Below are positions 63,623-64,000 of a stretch of 64,000 bases of DNA, in pieces (the stretch's first letter is position 1; each line of letters begins with the position of its first letter). The notes below the pieces were generated by a model. That model saw nothing but the letters and a program-made list of their open reading frames with translations. It was not told where the DNA came from and made no database searches. This stretch comes from Hyphomicrobiales bacterium (GTDB lineage: Bacteria; Pseudomonadota; Alphaproteobacteria; Rhizobiales; Xanthobacteraceae), in contig JACPOA010000018.1 in the NCBI GenBank assembly GCA_016185205.1, positions 59,914-123,913 on the forward strand. Direction: 5' to 3'. The translations under genes were made by a program, and so were the position numbers.

Positions 63623-64000
63623 CTAGCGTGCCGGCAGGAAAGTCGGGCCGACGGTGCGCACGGTCCGTTTGGCCGGATCGGTTTCGCCCGGGGCCTCGAC
63701 AAGCGGCGCTGGATTGGCCGGCGTGGGTGCGGCTGTCTTCGCCCGCGGATCGACCCGGATCGGCTTGCCGTCGGCGCCGATCCGCGGCTGCGACAATTGC
63801 TTGGCGTTCTTCTCAGTCACCACGACGTCGCCGGGTATTACGGTGTCGTCAGTACCGTTGACCTTGAGGGCATCGGCCCAGCTTTCGCCCGGCTTGCGGC
63901 AACCGCACGATGGAATGAGCGCCTTGCGATAGCTGAACGCGGTCGGCAGTTCGGTGTAGAGCCGGCCGCTGAGCGACACCGCCTGCGCTACTTCCTCGCC
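63623..64000 (-). CDS. DUF2865-domain protein, C-terminal part; 5' end outside window
   Basis: 'LSGRLYTELPTAFSYRKALIPSCGCRKPGESW' is typical of the DUF2865 C-terminus. The frame stays open to base 64000. Confidence 0.6.
   Translation of the reverse strand, partial: GEEVAQAVSLSGRLYTELPTAFSYRKALIPSCGCRKPGESWADALKVNGTDDTVIPGDVVVTEKNAKQLSQPRIGADGKPIRVDPRAKTAAPTPANPAPLVEAPGETDPAKRTVRTVGPTFLPAR

Overview
GC-rich, gene-dense chromosomal DNA with the look of an alphaproteobacterium. Hyphomicrobiales/Rhizobiales is my inference, based on PuuD-type urate hydroxylase, TRAP transporters, DUF2059/DUF2865/DUF1289 proteins and 'GATCATGC...GGGAACCGGTTT' extragenic palindromes. By eye I found no rRNA, tRNA or CRISPR array.

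Main content, in order:
1. Small enzymes at the left edge.
2. A ~22 kb purine block (3.9-25.7 kb). The aerobic urate-to-allantoate genes (puuD, uraH, uraD, puuE, an M20 amidohydrolase and an NCS2 permease) sit directly beside homologues of the enterobacterial ygeW / ygeY / hyuA / carbamate kinase / ygfK / ssnA / xdhD island. An RpiR regulator and two extra PLP enzymes are part of it. This is the most interesting part of the window.
3. An internally deleted IS5-family element at the block boundary.
4. A TetR-controlled cluster: two tandem acyl-CoA-dehydrogenase paralogues, a Zn-ADH, a MetE-like Zn methyltransferase, a 2-hydroxyacid dehydrogenase and a rhodanese.
5. A decayed patch (LivH fragment fused to a UPF0261 fragment) behind a perfect FNR/FixK box, just upstream of dusA.
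6. Housekeeping genes: dusA, TauE-like exporter, histidine kinase, GST, apbC, moaA, gph, rpiA, gor, class II DAHP synthase, nadE.
7. Three tandem TRAP solute-binding paralogues convergent on a single dctQM.
8. An MCP-PilZ chemoreceptor.
9. Several copies of a palindromic repeat family, and a ~580 bp GC-rich stretch with no convincing CDS.

Most very long ORFs antisense to these genes are GC-driven shadow ORFs and are not called. All functional calls rest on motif and family recognition by eye; no database search was run.
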